Sequence record: PZ445440.1
Strand: one strand, 5' to 3'
Length of the DNA stretch: 64,000 nucleotides
Source of the DNA: a phage
In this document: positions 1 to 8,713 of the stretch, in pieces
Layout of the letters: every line of letters begins with the position of its first letter
Position numbering within the stretch: position 1 is the first letter of the stretch
Program-made: the position numbers and the translations under genes
Notes under the pieces: generated by a model
Seen by the model: only the letters and a program-made list of their open reading frames with translations
Databases searched by the model: none
What the model was told of the DNA's origin: nothing

Positions 1-122
1 AGAGCTTCACGGACATTGGCAGCAGTGGTGAAGTTGTTCTTAATGATATAAACCATTATTGCAGCAGTTTTTTCATTCAGAGCGTTTTCAGAAGCTTTGA
101 TGATGTAAGTAACTTTAGACAT
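1..122 (-). CDS. motA: MotA middle-transcription activator, N-terminal ~40 codons only; rest lies beyond window start
   Basis: Reverse complement of 1-122 translates MSKVTYIIKASENALNEKTAAIM..., matching T4 MotA N-terminus from memory; ATG at 122-120. Confidence 0.8.
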   Translation of the reverse strand, partial: MSKVTYIIKASENALNEKTAAIMVYIIKNNFTTAANVREA

Positions 123-161
123 TTTATTTCTCCAATTTGGTTGTTTTGTTTTGATAGGTCT

Positions 162-190
162 ATAATATCATGTTTGAAGCACATGTAAAC
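162..190 (-). promoter_or_regulatory. T4-type early promoter (GTTTAC -35, 17-bp spacer, TATTAT -10) upstream of motA
   Basis: Minus strand reads GTTTAC-ATGTGCTTCAAACATGA-TATTAT; about 40 nt upstream of motA ATG. Confidence 0.5.
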
Positions 191-307
191 TGTTTTGTGA
201 GAAAAATGCACAAAGGGGAGCCGAAGCTCCCTAATCATGTTTATCCAACCAGTACAGCCAAATCACTAGTGCAGCTATTGCACCGAGAAATCCTAAGGCT
301 AGGGCAC

Positions 308-1633
308 TCAAAGTGCCTCCAAGTCTTTAGTGTACTCTGTCACAACATCAGTAGACTTCCAATACTCATTTTCTTCTTTCTTAGCTTTAGCTTCTTCTGC
401 TAGTTTACGTGCTTCATCGGAAGTGATATGGAAGATGTTAAGTCCTACCAGTTTATCGACATGTTCTTTATACATTTCGATTTGTGCTAGCTCTTCAGTC
501 AAAGCTTTACGGGTCTTGCCCTGAATCACAATTTCGCCACTGATAACTTTTTTGATGAAGTGTGCCTTAGCAAAAGCAAGTTTAAATGCTTTTTCAGATT
601 CAAGGATTTTGTTGTCAATACGTTTCTGAACGTAAGTCTTACGGACTTCAACAAAATCTTTGATTAAGTCCACTACGTTATCGTAGACAGCTAATTTACC
701 CTTTTCATTAATCACTGTGATGTTTTGTGAACGACGTTCGATGAGACTAAAATCTTTCATGATTTTTTCATGACGTAGCTCTTCATCATCAGGAAGCGAG
801 TACTCTTTACGGAACTTCACCTTAAACCCAAAGCCGTGTTCACCACAATCATCTTCCCATGAGATTAGACCTTTGTCTTCCAACGGGTCAAGAACCTTAC
901 TCACATACGTTTCACGGTCGAATTTATATGGGATTTCAGTTATCTGCATTTGAGTACGAGATGTGAACTTATATGTTCCGTGAATCTCATAACGCCCATC
1001 AACTTCATGCACTTCACCACGGAATTCCGGGAATTCAACTTTTGGCTTAGTGACATTTTTACCTTGAAGAGCTTGTAATACAGCCTTTTTAACTGATTTA
1101 AAACTATGAGGCAGAATATTTGTTGCGTAACCGGTTGCAATACCAGAGACGCCATTCAAAAGAACTGTCGGAATAATAGGAAGATAGAATTTTGGTGGAA
1201 CGTGTTCTTTATCTTCATGTGCTGGAGCATATTCAGTATCTTTATAGACATTATAGAAATTTTTACTTACACGAGCAAAAATATAACGAGATGCTGCAGC
1301 TTTTTGGACTGTTCTAGAACCAAAGTTGCCCTGGCCGTCTAACAGTGGATAGTTGTTATTCCACGTATTAGCCATCAATGCACCTGCATCTTGCGCAGAA
1401 GATTCGCCATGATGATAACCTAAATCTGCAACACCTCCTGCAATTGATGCAAGTTTATGAAATTTTTCTTTATTACCACGAGCCAAATCTAACGCACGAT
1501 GAACAACAAAACGTTGAACCGGCTTAAATCCATCAATCATGTTTGGGATTGCACGGTTTTCAACGGTGTACATCGCATATGCTAAGGCTTCGTTATCAAT
1601 AATACTTTTTAGATTACGAGAATTCAATTGCAT
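308..1633 (-). CDS. 52: DNA topoisomerase II medium subunit gp52
   Basis: 441-aa ORF; N-terminus MQLNSRNLKSIIDNEALAYAMYTVENRAIPNMIDGFKPVQRF (GyrA/ParC-like) matches T4 gp52 from memory. Confidence 0.95.
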   Translation of the reverse strand: MQLNSRNLKSIIDNEALAYAMYTVENRAIPNMIDGFKPVQRFVVHRALDLARGNKEKFHKLASIAGGVADLGYHHGESSAQDAGALMANTWNNNYPLLDGQGNFGSRTVQKAAASRYIFARVSKNFYNVYKDTEYAPAHEDKEHVPPKFYLPIIPTVLLNGVSGIATGYATNILPHSFKSVKKAVLQALQGKNVTKPKVEFPEFRGEVHEVDGRYEIHGTYKFTSRTQMQITEIPYKFDRETYVSKVLDPLEDKGLISWEDDCGEHGFGFKVKFRKEYSLPDDEELRHEKIMKDFSLIERRSQNITVINEKGKLAVYDNVVDLIKDFVEVRKTYVQKRIDNKILESEKAFKLAFAKAHFIKKVISGEIVIQGKTRKALTEELAQIEMYKEHVDKLVGLNIFHITSDEARKLAEEAKAKKEENEYWKSTDVVTEYTKDLEAL

Positions 1634-1637
1634 ATTT

Positions 1638-1778
1638 TCACCATATTAATGAACGAATAACCATTATAACATCTGAAATGAAAAGCACTACTTGGATTAG
1701 TCCAAACATCACACCATAATACAGAACCGTAAGCAACAACAAGAGCCCGAAGGCTCCTGCTAAGATTTTCTTAATCAT
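1638..1778 (-). CDS. small hydrophobic membrane protein, 46 aa (ac-like position)
   Basis: Hand translation MIKKILAGAFGLLLLLTVLYYGVMFGLIQVVLFISDVIMVIRSLIW; ATG overlaps upstream stop; directly upstream of gene 52. Confidence 0.4.
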   Translation of the reverse strand: MIKKILAGAFGLLLLLTVLYYGVMFGLIQVVLFISDVIMVIRSLIW

Positions 1779-1924
1779 TACTCGCCTTTTAACACGTTAA
1801 GAAGAGCTAAGACCGCTAAGGTGCCTTGTGATACGGCCTGTTGAAATACTGTTGTTTCGCCTGTAACTAAAGTATTAACGAATAAAAACGACCAACACAA
1901 CAATGCAATAATCCATGTTACCAT
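1778..1924 (-). CDS. small hydrophobic membrane protein, 48 aa
   Basis: Hand translation MVTWIIALLCWSFLFVNTLVTGETTVFQQAVSQGTLAVLALLNVLKGE; its stop overlaps the start of the next small ORF. Confidence 0.35.
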   Translation of the reverse strand: MVTWIIALLCWSFLFVNTLVTGETTVFQQAVSQGTLAVLALLNVLKGE

Positions 1925-1975
1925 TTTATTACCTCAAAAATAAATTAAAGGGCCAACTTAATATGCCTGTATAAA

Positions 1976-2422
1976 TTAGTAACTCTGCAGAATGAATTTG
2001 AAATTATCTGCCAGAAGACGGTTCATTTCAGTGAGTGTTTGATATTCTGATGTATGATTGCGAGTGAATGCCAGAGCCAATTGTCCTTTACCATAACCAG
2101 TAGTCAGTGGTTTCATGTTCTTAGCTGCAACAAAAATTACATCATATTCAATATTGTTAGTGCCCATGGTGCGGGCTAGTTGCGAACGGCCTTGACGAAT
2201 GTGAGAAAGAATTGCATCCAACCCTTGTTTAGAACGTTGACGTCCTACAAAAAATCGTGCTGCTACTTGTCGCCAATCAGATGAACCTTTAACAAAGAAG
2301 TAAAAACCTTCACGAGAACGAAACTCTTTAGAAACTTCGGAACCGTATTCGCCATTACGAACTACTGCAACAACTTCACCGCCAACTGCCAGAAGGTCTT
2401 TACGAGTTAAATATTTGGACAT
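1976..2422 (-). CDS. ndd: Ndd nucleoid disruption protein
   Basis: 148 aa; motifs [25 protein letters not shown] and [32 protein letters not shown] match T4 Ndd from memory. Confidence 0.85.
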   Translation of the reverse strand: MSKYLTRKDLLAVGGEVVAVVRNGEYGSEVSKEFRSREGFYFFVKGSSDWRQVAARFFVGRQRSKQGLDAILSHIRQGRSQLARTMGTNNIEYDVIFVAAKNMKPLTTGYGKGQLALAFTRNHTSEYQTLTEMNRLLADNFKFILQSY

Positions 2423-2498
2423 GCTAATTTCCTCAATTGATTAATGTTTTTGTAATCCATGAGAGCATTATACCCTGCTCTCAAGAGTTTGTACAATT

Positions 2499-2699
2499 TT
2501 ATTCGGCCATATCAGAACGTTCAAAAAGCTCTTCAACAGTTAAACATTCGGTGTCATCTTCAATAAAGAATCGAGTCCAACACGTTGGGGCAATACAGTT
2601 ATGAGTTTGTCCGGCGATAGAAGCTACACGAATAAGCTGCTGACCATTATTCAGAACAAATTTTTCACCAATTTCAACGTCTTTAAAAAGCTTAGCCAT
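2499..2699 (-). CDS. hypothetical protein (66 aa)
   Basis: ORF with GAGGAA Shine-Dalgarno and an early-type promoter upstream. Confidence 0.55.
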   Translation of the reverse strand: MAKLFKDVEIGEKFVLNNGQQLIRVASIAGQTHNCIAPTCWTRFFIEDDTECLTVEELFERSDMAE

Positions 2700-2727
2700 T
2701 TTGTGTTCCTCATGTTTCAGTAGGACT

Positions 2728-2757
2728 ACTATACCATAATCCTACCGTGATGTAAAC
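2728..2757 (-). promoter_or_regulatory. T4-type early promoter
   Basis: Minus strand GTTTAC (2757-2752), ~18-bp spacer, TATAGT; inverted repeat GTAGGA...TCCTAC around the -10. Confidence 0.45.
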
Positions 2758-2949
2758 AATTAAATTACATTAAAATATGTTAAAGCCAACCATGTTCCAG
2801 TGAACGAACATGCAATGTAAAAACCCGTATCGCAAATTGTTCTTAGTACAATAAGAAGTGCATTTTTCATAAGTACCTCAATACAATTGAAAATATTATA
2901 CAAATCATAGGGATACTAAGCAACCATATTCCGATCCACATTTTAGAGC

Positions 2950-3213
2950 TCATATCTCAACTTCCGCAAGTTCCATATATCCTTTGTTGATAACCTCTTT
3001 AAGGTCTTTAGAAAGAATAACACTAAAATGGTCGTTCATATGTCCATTAACTAAACGAGTTATTTCGGCTTCAGATGACATATAAGGCACGTCTGAGTCC
3101 CAATGAGATAGACCCAAATGGGTATAAATCATCCCTTCGTCATCTGTGGTGTTGTACATTGAAACAAACTCACCGGTCACTTTATGTTTTGCGTAGAAAA
3201 ATTTAAATTTCAT
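2950..3213 (-). CDS. hypothetical protein (87 aa)
   Basis: ORF in compact minus-strand gene array. Confidence 0.55.
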   Translation of the reverse strand: MKFKFFYAKHKVTGEFVSMYNTTDDEGMIYTHLGLSHWDSDVPYMSSEAEITRLVNGHMNDHFSVILSKDLKEVINKGYMELAEVEI

Positions 3214-3239
3214 GATGTTATCCTCTTTTAGATAGGACT

Positions 3240-3269
3240 ACTATATCATAGTCCTACTTAGTTGTAAAC
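3240..3269 (-). promoter_or_regulatory. T4-type early promoter with -10 embedded in inverted repeat TAGGACTA/TAGTCCTA
   Basis: Minus strand GTTTAC (3269-3264), 18-bp spacer, TATAGT; palindrome arms at 3233-3240 and 3249-3256. Confidence 0.45.
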
Positions 3270-3281
3270 ACTTTTATGAAA

Positions 3282-3839
3282 TTAAAGATGAAGATACCAC
3301 CCGTTGTAGTTGCTCTTGCGGACGATTTTCTTTAGGTCTTCATGGTCTCCCACGAACTTTATAGAATAAGAGAAGACGTCAGGTGAGGTTTCTTTGACAT
3401 CTAATATAATAATGCAATCTGCGACTCGATGATTCAAGAAGGGCCCTATATTGATTCCATTACCACCTGGGTAATCACCACTGTATCCTGTGGTAACCGA
3501 AATCCATTTAGAATCTATCTGGTGCGTCTTGACTTCTACACGAATTCCACAATACTTGGGATGGGCTAACACGTCCCATGCATACGTGTACGGGTCTTCT
3601 ACATCTTCAATACCTTTATTAACATATCCGTCTAGCCAATTTGCTACTACATACTCTGCAAAGACCGCAACCTTACAACGTCGAACAACGCCTTCTTTTA
3701 TTTGTCCTGGATCTTGTTTCAACGAGTACCGAGCAGTATCAGCGATCTTAACCTTCATTTCGCTAGTCAAAAACTCATTCGACAGGATAAATGTCGGAAG
3801 ACTCTTCAGCCTCAACAACCCCAAGTTCGTCTTTACCAT
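3282..3839 (-). CDS. denB: putative endonuclease IV (DenB-like) by position and size; start placed at internal Met with GAGG SD
   Basis: 185 aa from MVKTNLG..., same length as T4 DenB as I recall; immediately downstream of rIIB as in T4; sequence identity not verified. Confidence 0.45.
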   Translation of the reverse strand: MVKTNLGLLRLKSLPTFILSNEFLTSEMKVKIADTARYSLKQDPGQIKEGVVRRCKVAVFAEYVVANWLDGYVNKGIEDVEDPYTYAWDVLAHPKYCGIRVEVKTHQIDSKWISVTTGYSGDYPGGNGINIGPFLNHRVADCIIILDVKETSPDVFSYSIKFVGDHEDLKKIVRKSNYNGWYLHL

Positions 3840-4062
3840 AGATACCTCTGATGTGTAGTTCGCCAAAATAAATGCGGTCTCCTTCTTCAAGATATTCTGC
3901 ATCTACCGGTGGGATTTCAATAACAACTTCGTCGCATTCTAACCAGCCGTAGTGTGCATCGCCAGGATGTTTTACCAATTTAGCACAATAAACTGATTTA
4001 CACTTATGGTGACCACGAAGATTAGCAATTTTGGATTCTGATACGTCAAATGGATGAATCAT
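3775..4062 (-). CDS. hypothetical protein (95 aa); doubtful because it overlaps the denB-like start by 65 nt
   Basis: ORF following the rIIB terminator; track ORF N-terminus (4063-4101) is the terminator hairpin, so start moved to ATG at 4062. Confidence 0.3.
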   Translation of the reverse strand: MIHPFDVSESKIANLRGHHKCKSVYCAKLVKHPGDAHYGWLECDEVVIEIPPVDAEYLEEGDRIYFGELHIRGIYGKDELGVVEAEESSDIYPVE

Positions 4063-4072
4063 AATTACCCCT

Positions 4073-4099
4073 AAAGAAAAAAAGGGGACCGAAGTCCCC
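4073..4099 (-). terminator. intrinsic terminator after rIIB (GGGGAC-UUCG-GUCCCC + U-tract)
   Basis: Plus strand aaagaaaaaaa-ggggac-cgaa-gtcccc; on minus-strand RNA a UUCG-tetraloop hairpin followed by U7. Confidence 0.65.
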
Positions 4100-4104
4100 A
4101 ATTA

Positions 4105-5040
4105 TTATTCTGCAAATAATTCAGTAACGTCTGAAATTACTTCATAACGACAAGTACGCATCTTAGCATCACCATAGTCAACCGGGATGGATACAACATC
4201 ACGTGGATGAACTTTAACTTTCACAACTTTATCTGAGCTTGAACCAAAGTGGCGAATATAAGATTTAGCACAAACGTGGAGACCGCGAGAACAGGTTTGA
4301 GTATCATCGTCGTTAACTCGAGTACGAGGCATTGAAACAACTTTACCTGGGGAGTTATCAAATGTACCACTATAGCAGTCTAAATAGTCCTTACGAACTA
4401 CTTTCCATGCATAGAAATGTCCGTCTTCAGTGATTTCAATATCATTTGCAACCAAGAAGTCGAATAAACGTTGTACAGCTTTTTCGCTCGGGTTTTCTAA
4501 CAGGTTTTCAAGGAACGGCAGATAGAATTTAAAGTCTTCACCTTTTTCCATGGAATCAATAATACGGTTAACCAGTCCTGAACGAATCTCTATACCTTGA
4601 TAAAATAAACTACCACCTTCAATAGTAACATTACCATCAACAAACTTAGTAATAGCTTTCTTGACGTTAATAAGTTCGACAGCTTTACTAAGGTTTCCTG
4701 CGACCAGATTAGCTTTAATTTCTTCAAAATTTGCATGACTTGATGGGGTCGCATTGTATGCTACGCGTCCTTCAATAATTGAAATAAATTTAGATGACGC
4801 GTTCCATACGATTTCAGGACGGTGTCCGCCGATAATAGGTTCATCATTTTCTGGGATCTGTTCTTCGTCTTCAAATTCAGCTGCTTTCTCTTCAGCTTTA
4901 AAATTCTTAACAATCTTACGAAGAGTATCTGTTGAAATGTCGAAGTAATCGGCAATTTCTTTACGAGTCCATTTGCCTGATTCAACCAGGCCGTAAGCTT
5001 CTAACTGTTCTTCTTGGGACAAGCATTTAATATTGTACAT
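4105..5040 (-). CDS. rIIB: rIIB membrane-associated protein
   Basis: 311 aa (T4 rIIB 312 aa as I recall); adjacent to rIIA; synteny. Confidence 0.85.
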   Translation of the reverse strand: MYNIKCLSQEEQLEAYGLVESGKWTRKEIADYFDISTDTLRKIVKNFKAEEKAAEFEDEEQIPENDEPIIGGHRPEIVWNASSKFISIIEGRVAYNATPSSHANFEEIKANLVAGNLSKAVELINVKKAITKFVDGNVTIEGGSLFYQGIEIRSGLVNRIIDSMEKGEDFKFYLPFLENLLENPSEKAVQRLFDFLVANDIEITEDGHFYAWKVVRKDYLDCYSGTFDNSPGKVVSMPRTRVNDDDTQTCSRGLHVCAKSYIRHFGSSSDKVVKVKVHPRDVVSIPVDYGDAKMRTCRYEVISDVTELFAE

Positions 5041-5049
5041 AATGTTTCC

Positions 5050-7263
5050 TTATTTGGCCGCTTCCACGGCCTTCATGAATTTAACGATTTGAGCGACCTG
5101 TTCTTTGGAAAGAGTACCACGTCGTCCCATGTATTCTGACACAATATGATAATTGGTTTCGAATTCAATAACCATTTTATCATCATTATCGTAAGCATTA
5201 TCTTTAAGCTTATCGAAAATTTTAGCACACAATTCTAACTTCTTATTCAGGTCTGTATTAGTAGCACCTGCGAATCGATTCCATCCCCAACGATTATTTA
5301 CTGTTGAGAGTTTTGCAAAGTCTTTACTGATTTCTTTGTTCTTAGAGCTAAAATACTTACTAAGGAAATTAAGCTCTTCATTACGAGTAATATGATTCAA
5401 ATAAGGCTGTGCTCTACGACTTGGTGATACATACTCATCATAATCTACTTTATCGATTAGCATAATATAGTCATTAATTGATTTTTCGAACAAGCATTCT
5501 ACTTCACCAAGTTTACGAACTTTCTTAGCAATCTGTGGACGAACTACATTGAACTCTTTAATACCTGACAAATCAGCAATACGGGTCAAGAAATTAGAGT
5601 CATAGTTCAACCAACCTTTATCTGCGTCAAGACATTCAGCATTAGAACGATTACGAACTATAGCATAACCTTGGATTTCATCAGCTTCACTCGCTGGAAT
5701 AAAGAGATCTTCTGATACCCAAACATCGTTTTCATTCTTAAAGAACCGATGAGCACTTGGCGATTTAGGACGAGGCTCATTAGTCCGTTTCCTGACTTCA
5801 ATCCATGGCTTAACGATTTGTAAAAGCTCTGAAGTCTTGTACATGTTAATGTTGTCGCCATCAAAGATAACTTTAAGGCGTTCCAGAAGTTTCATTGCAT
5901 CTTCGTCTGTAGGGTCAACGAATAGTACGCTTTTACCAAAACCGCGTGGAACTTTACCAGTTAATTTAACCTCGTCTTTAGACATTTCAATTGAATTAAG
6001 AGCTCGCATTAATGGAACGCGTCCCTTAACGTCGTCAATAACAATTTCAACGTTTTTAATGTTAATGCCAATCAGACTGTTAATTGAAATGGTTGCCGTT
6101 GAGCTACCGCTTTCACGAATACGACGAAGACGAGGGGATTCAACGATATCGTATACGACGCCAAGATTACACCATTCAGGTCCCATTTTAAAACGTTTGT
6201 ACAACTCAGAATAAGTTAGTTGTTCTTTAGAGTATTTCAGTGATTCAATATTAGACCCGGCCTTTTCCATGTATTTACGAGCGGTATAGCCAAGAGAATC
6301 AATTTCACGGAACACATGACGTGGGTATTTACAATCAATCCATTTCTTAGAATCTTCAGCGAACAATTTAGCATCGATTTCTGCAACGCGTTTATGGATA
6401 TTTGCTACTGTACGTTTATCAAATGACAATGCTTCACGAGACGGGGCTACATCTAGTTCACCCATAGGGAATTTAATATAAGCTGTAGTGCACCGCGTCA
6501 TCATCCATGTTTGTTCTTTAATAACACTTCCGATTGGATATACAATACCACCATAAACAGCCATGATATTACCACGTTCACCCCATGGAGCTTCCTTGGC
6601 CAAATATACATCGTCAAATTCTGGGAAGTATTTAATATCTTTAACACCGCGAACTTCTGCAATATCACCTAGAGGACGCATAACATATGCAATTTCGGAT
6701 GCGAACTTTTCAAAATCTTCCGGGTTAACCGGTACAACTACTTCTACACCCGTACGGTCATTAGGGCCCATCTTATCTACAAAGGTCGGCTTAATTTGTG
6801 GACCTGTGTCATCTTGGTAGATTACGTAACCACGAACTTCGCCATTGTGATAAGACGTAAGGTTAAACGTATCAGTATATGCTAGTGGAGCTTTAGAACC
6901 GAGTCCGAATCCACCAATGAAATCGTTACTCGATGTTTTAGTTGAAGCAAAATATGAGTTATAAATTCCTGGTTCTTCATCATTACCACGAATAGTGAAA
7001 TCACTCATACCAGGACCAAAGTCTCGAACTACAAAACGTGGGTCTAAACGACCTGGAGCCTGAACAATAAATTTATCAGTGCAACCATTAAGAATTTGTC
7101 CATCTATACAGTTTGTGATTAATTCACGTACACAAGCCAATTCTTTGTTTGTATAAAGGTCATTAGACAAAATCTTATAAACTTTACTATTGCCTTGAAT
7201 AGTGAATGCTGTGCTCTTACCGCCTGAACCAATAATCGTTTCTTTAGCCGTTTCAATAATCAT
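5050..7263 (-). CDS. rIIA: rIIA protein (GHKL ATPase-like N-terminal domain)
   Basis: 737 aa; N-terminus MIIETAKETIIGSGGKSTAFTI...LYTNKELACVRELITNCIDG resembles T4 rIIA. Confidence 0.9.
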   Translation of the reverse strand: MIIETAKETIIGSGGKSTAFTIQGNSKVYKILSNDLYTNKELACVRELITNCIDGQILNGCTDKFIVQAPGRLDPRFVVRDFGPGMSDFTIRGNDEEPGIYNSYFASTKTSSNDFIGGFGLGSKAPLAYTDTFNLTSYHNGEVRGYVIYQDDTGPQIKPTFVDKMGPNDRTGVEVVVPVNPEDFEKFASEIAYVMRPLGDIAEVRGVKDIKYFPEFDDVYLAKEAPWGERGNIMAVYGGIVYPIGSVIKEQTWMMTRCTTAYIKFPMGELDVAPSREALSFDKRTVANIHKRVAEIDAKLFAEDSKKWIDCKYPRHVFREIDSLGYTARKYMEKAGSNIESLKYSKEQLTYSELYKRFKMGPEWCNLGVVYDIVESPRLRRIRESGSSTATISINSLIGINIKNVEIVIDDVKGRVPLMRALNSIEMSKDEVKLTGKVPRGFGKSVLFVDPTDEDAMKLLERLKVIFDGDNINMYKTSELLQIVKPWIEVRKRTNEPRPKSPSAHRFFKNENDVWVSEDLFIPASEADEIQGYAIVRNRSNAECLDADKGWLNYDSNFLTRIADLSGIKEFNVVRPQIAKKVRKLGEVECLFEKSINDYIMLIDKVDYDEYVSPSRRAQPYLNHITRNEELNFLSKYFSSKNKEISKDFAKLSTVNNRWGWNRFAGATNTDLNKKLELCAKIFDKLKDNAYDNDDKMVIEFETNYHIVSEYMGRRGTLSKEQVAQIVKFMKAVEAAK

Positions 7264-7275
7264 ATTTTTCTCTCA

Positions 7276-7476
7276 TCACAAGTTACGTTTAAAAATTTCT
7301 GCTACTTCAAGAAGTTCTTCTTTAGTAGCTGTATCGGTTTGTATTTTATATCGAATTTCTTTAAAGCGTTCTTTAAAGGACTCGGCTGATTCGATATCAA
7401 AAAATCTTTGGATAAGCCGGAATTCCCGGAGCACTGCTTTATCAAAAAGTTCCAAGTCCACGTTATATGTTCTCAT
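7276..7476 (-). CDS. rIIA.1: rIIA.1-like small protein (66 aa)
   Basis: Small ORF directly upstream of rIIA; synteny with T4. Confidence 0.55.
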   Translation of the reverse strand: MRTYNVDLELFDKAVLREFRLIQRFFDIESAESFKERFKEIRYKIQTDTATKEELLEVAEIFKRNL

Positions 7477-7568
7477 AATATTCTCTTCAGTAGATTCCTA
7501 GGGCACTATTACTAAAGACCATATAATCTATCATCTTATGTGTAATAGTGCCTCAGGCTATTCAGGAT

Positions 7569-8669
7569 TTACGCTGTGAAGATTTTATCCCACATCGCAA
7601 CAACTGCATCTCGATTATACTTCTTCCATACTGCTTCAGCACGTTTAACTCGAGCTTCGTATGTGTCAGTGAATTCTAATACAGCTTTTGTGTAAAGCGC
7701 AACTACTTCTTTCTTAGGAGTAGAGGAATCAATTTCTACACGCACAGTATCTGGGTCGTATTCGAATGTCGCATGAGGATAATCCTTAAAAACTAACTGG
7801 ATTACAGGGACACCTTTAGAGATGGCTTCAATAGAACTATTCTCTACCGTACCTGTGTCAGGACACGTATTAATAAGTGCTTTAGCTGTTTTAAGACGTT
7901 CCATGATTTCACTGTGTGGAGCATCAATAATAACAGGATACTTAGCCGGTGGTGCCCATTTGCTTGGACAGTATCCTGCACCATTTTCGCCTAGTGCTTT
8001 AATCGCTTCAAGAGCAACATCAGTACGACGCATTTTAGTGTCATAACGTTGTGCACTAATAATCAGATCAGTCGCCGGAAGAACTTCAGGTTTCTCATTC
8101 AAACAAATAACTGGATAATCTTCGGCTTCAAACAACGGATTTGCTCGCCAATAATCATAATCAATTTTGTCAGTCAGACCTGAAGTCATATAACAATATT
8201 TGCGTTCAAATTCACGGAAGGCTTTAGTAGGAGCATAACTCTTACCACCATTCTTATGAATTTGAATAGTCTGGTCCCAAATTTGAACAATGCCACGAGA
8301 TACCGGTTCAAATGGTGTTGCCATAAAATTCTTATGAACTTTAGAGAGACCTGCGTCTTTAATTGCCTGAACGGTTAGTTTAGTCGGTTCCGTAGTAACA
8401 ACAAAATCGTATTCATGGATGTCGGCTAGTTCAACAATCTTACGAGCCATAGTATAACTCATACCTAGACTGAATTTAGTCAGATGACCAACAGGATGAT
8501 GATTAACTTTCCAGTCACCAAACGTGTCATTATCAAAACCGATATAATCAATATCGGCACCAATAGAAACTAAATATTTCAACACATTTAAATGTACTGC
8601 TTCAAGACCACCTTGTACACGTTCTGGGTTAAATGGGACTGCGCGCGATGGGATAAACATAACTTTCAT
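7569..8669 (-). CDS. GT-B fold glycosyltransferase, candidate DNA (hmC) arabinosyltransferase
   Basis: 366 aa; C-terminal GTVENSSIEAISKGVPVI resembles the GT1/GT4 nucleotide-sugar binding motif; occupies the T4 gene 60/mobA slot; no T4 counterpart. Confidence 0.6.
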   Translation of the reverse strand: MKVMFIPSRAVPFNPERVQGGLEAVHLNVLKYLVSIGADIDYIGFDNDTFGDWKVNHHPVGHLTKFSLGMSYTMARKIVELADIHEYDFVVTTEPTKLTVQAIKDAGLSKVHKNFMATPFEPVSRGIVQIWDQTIQIHKNGGKSYAPTKAFREFERKYCYMTSGLTDKIDYDYWRANPLFEAEDYPVICLNEKPEVLPATDLIISAQRYDTKMRRTDVALEAIKALGENGAGYCPSKWAPPAKYPVIIDAPHSEIMERLKTAKALINTCPDTGTVENSSIEAISKGVPVIQLVFKDYPHATFEYDPDTVRVEIDSSTPKKEVVALYTKAVLEFTDTYEARVKRAEAVWKKYNRDAVVAMWDKIFTA

Positions 8670-8680
8670 AATTAAGCCTT

Positions 8681-8713
8681 ATTAAAATTAAAATGAAGCT
8701 CCCGAAGGAGCTT
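8681..8713 (-). terminator. intrinsic terminator after gene 39 (UUCG tetraloop hairpin + U-rich tract)
   Basis: Plus aagctcc-cgaa-ggagctt preceded by A-rich run; hairpin overlaps the gene 39 stop codon. Confidence 0.55.

Noticed and set aside
170-403. Plus-strand ORFs in the track lying inside minus-strand genes (e.g. 170-403, 3490-3858, 5837-6214, 9961-10251, 36693-37133, 42638-43126, 59466-59816)
   Set aside because: They are antisense to long, well-supported minus-strand genes, lack Shine-Dalgarno sequences and are typical shadow ORFs in AT-rich phage DNA; only 20934-21131 sits in a true intergenic gap with an SD
1742-1756. GAGCC-CGAA-GGCTC hairpin as a terminator
   Set aside because: It lies inside the coding sequence of the small membrane ORF (codes AGAFG) and has no flanking U-tract
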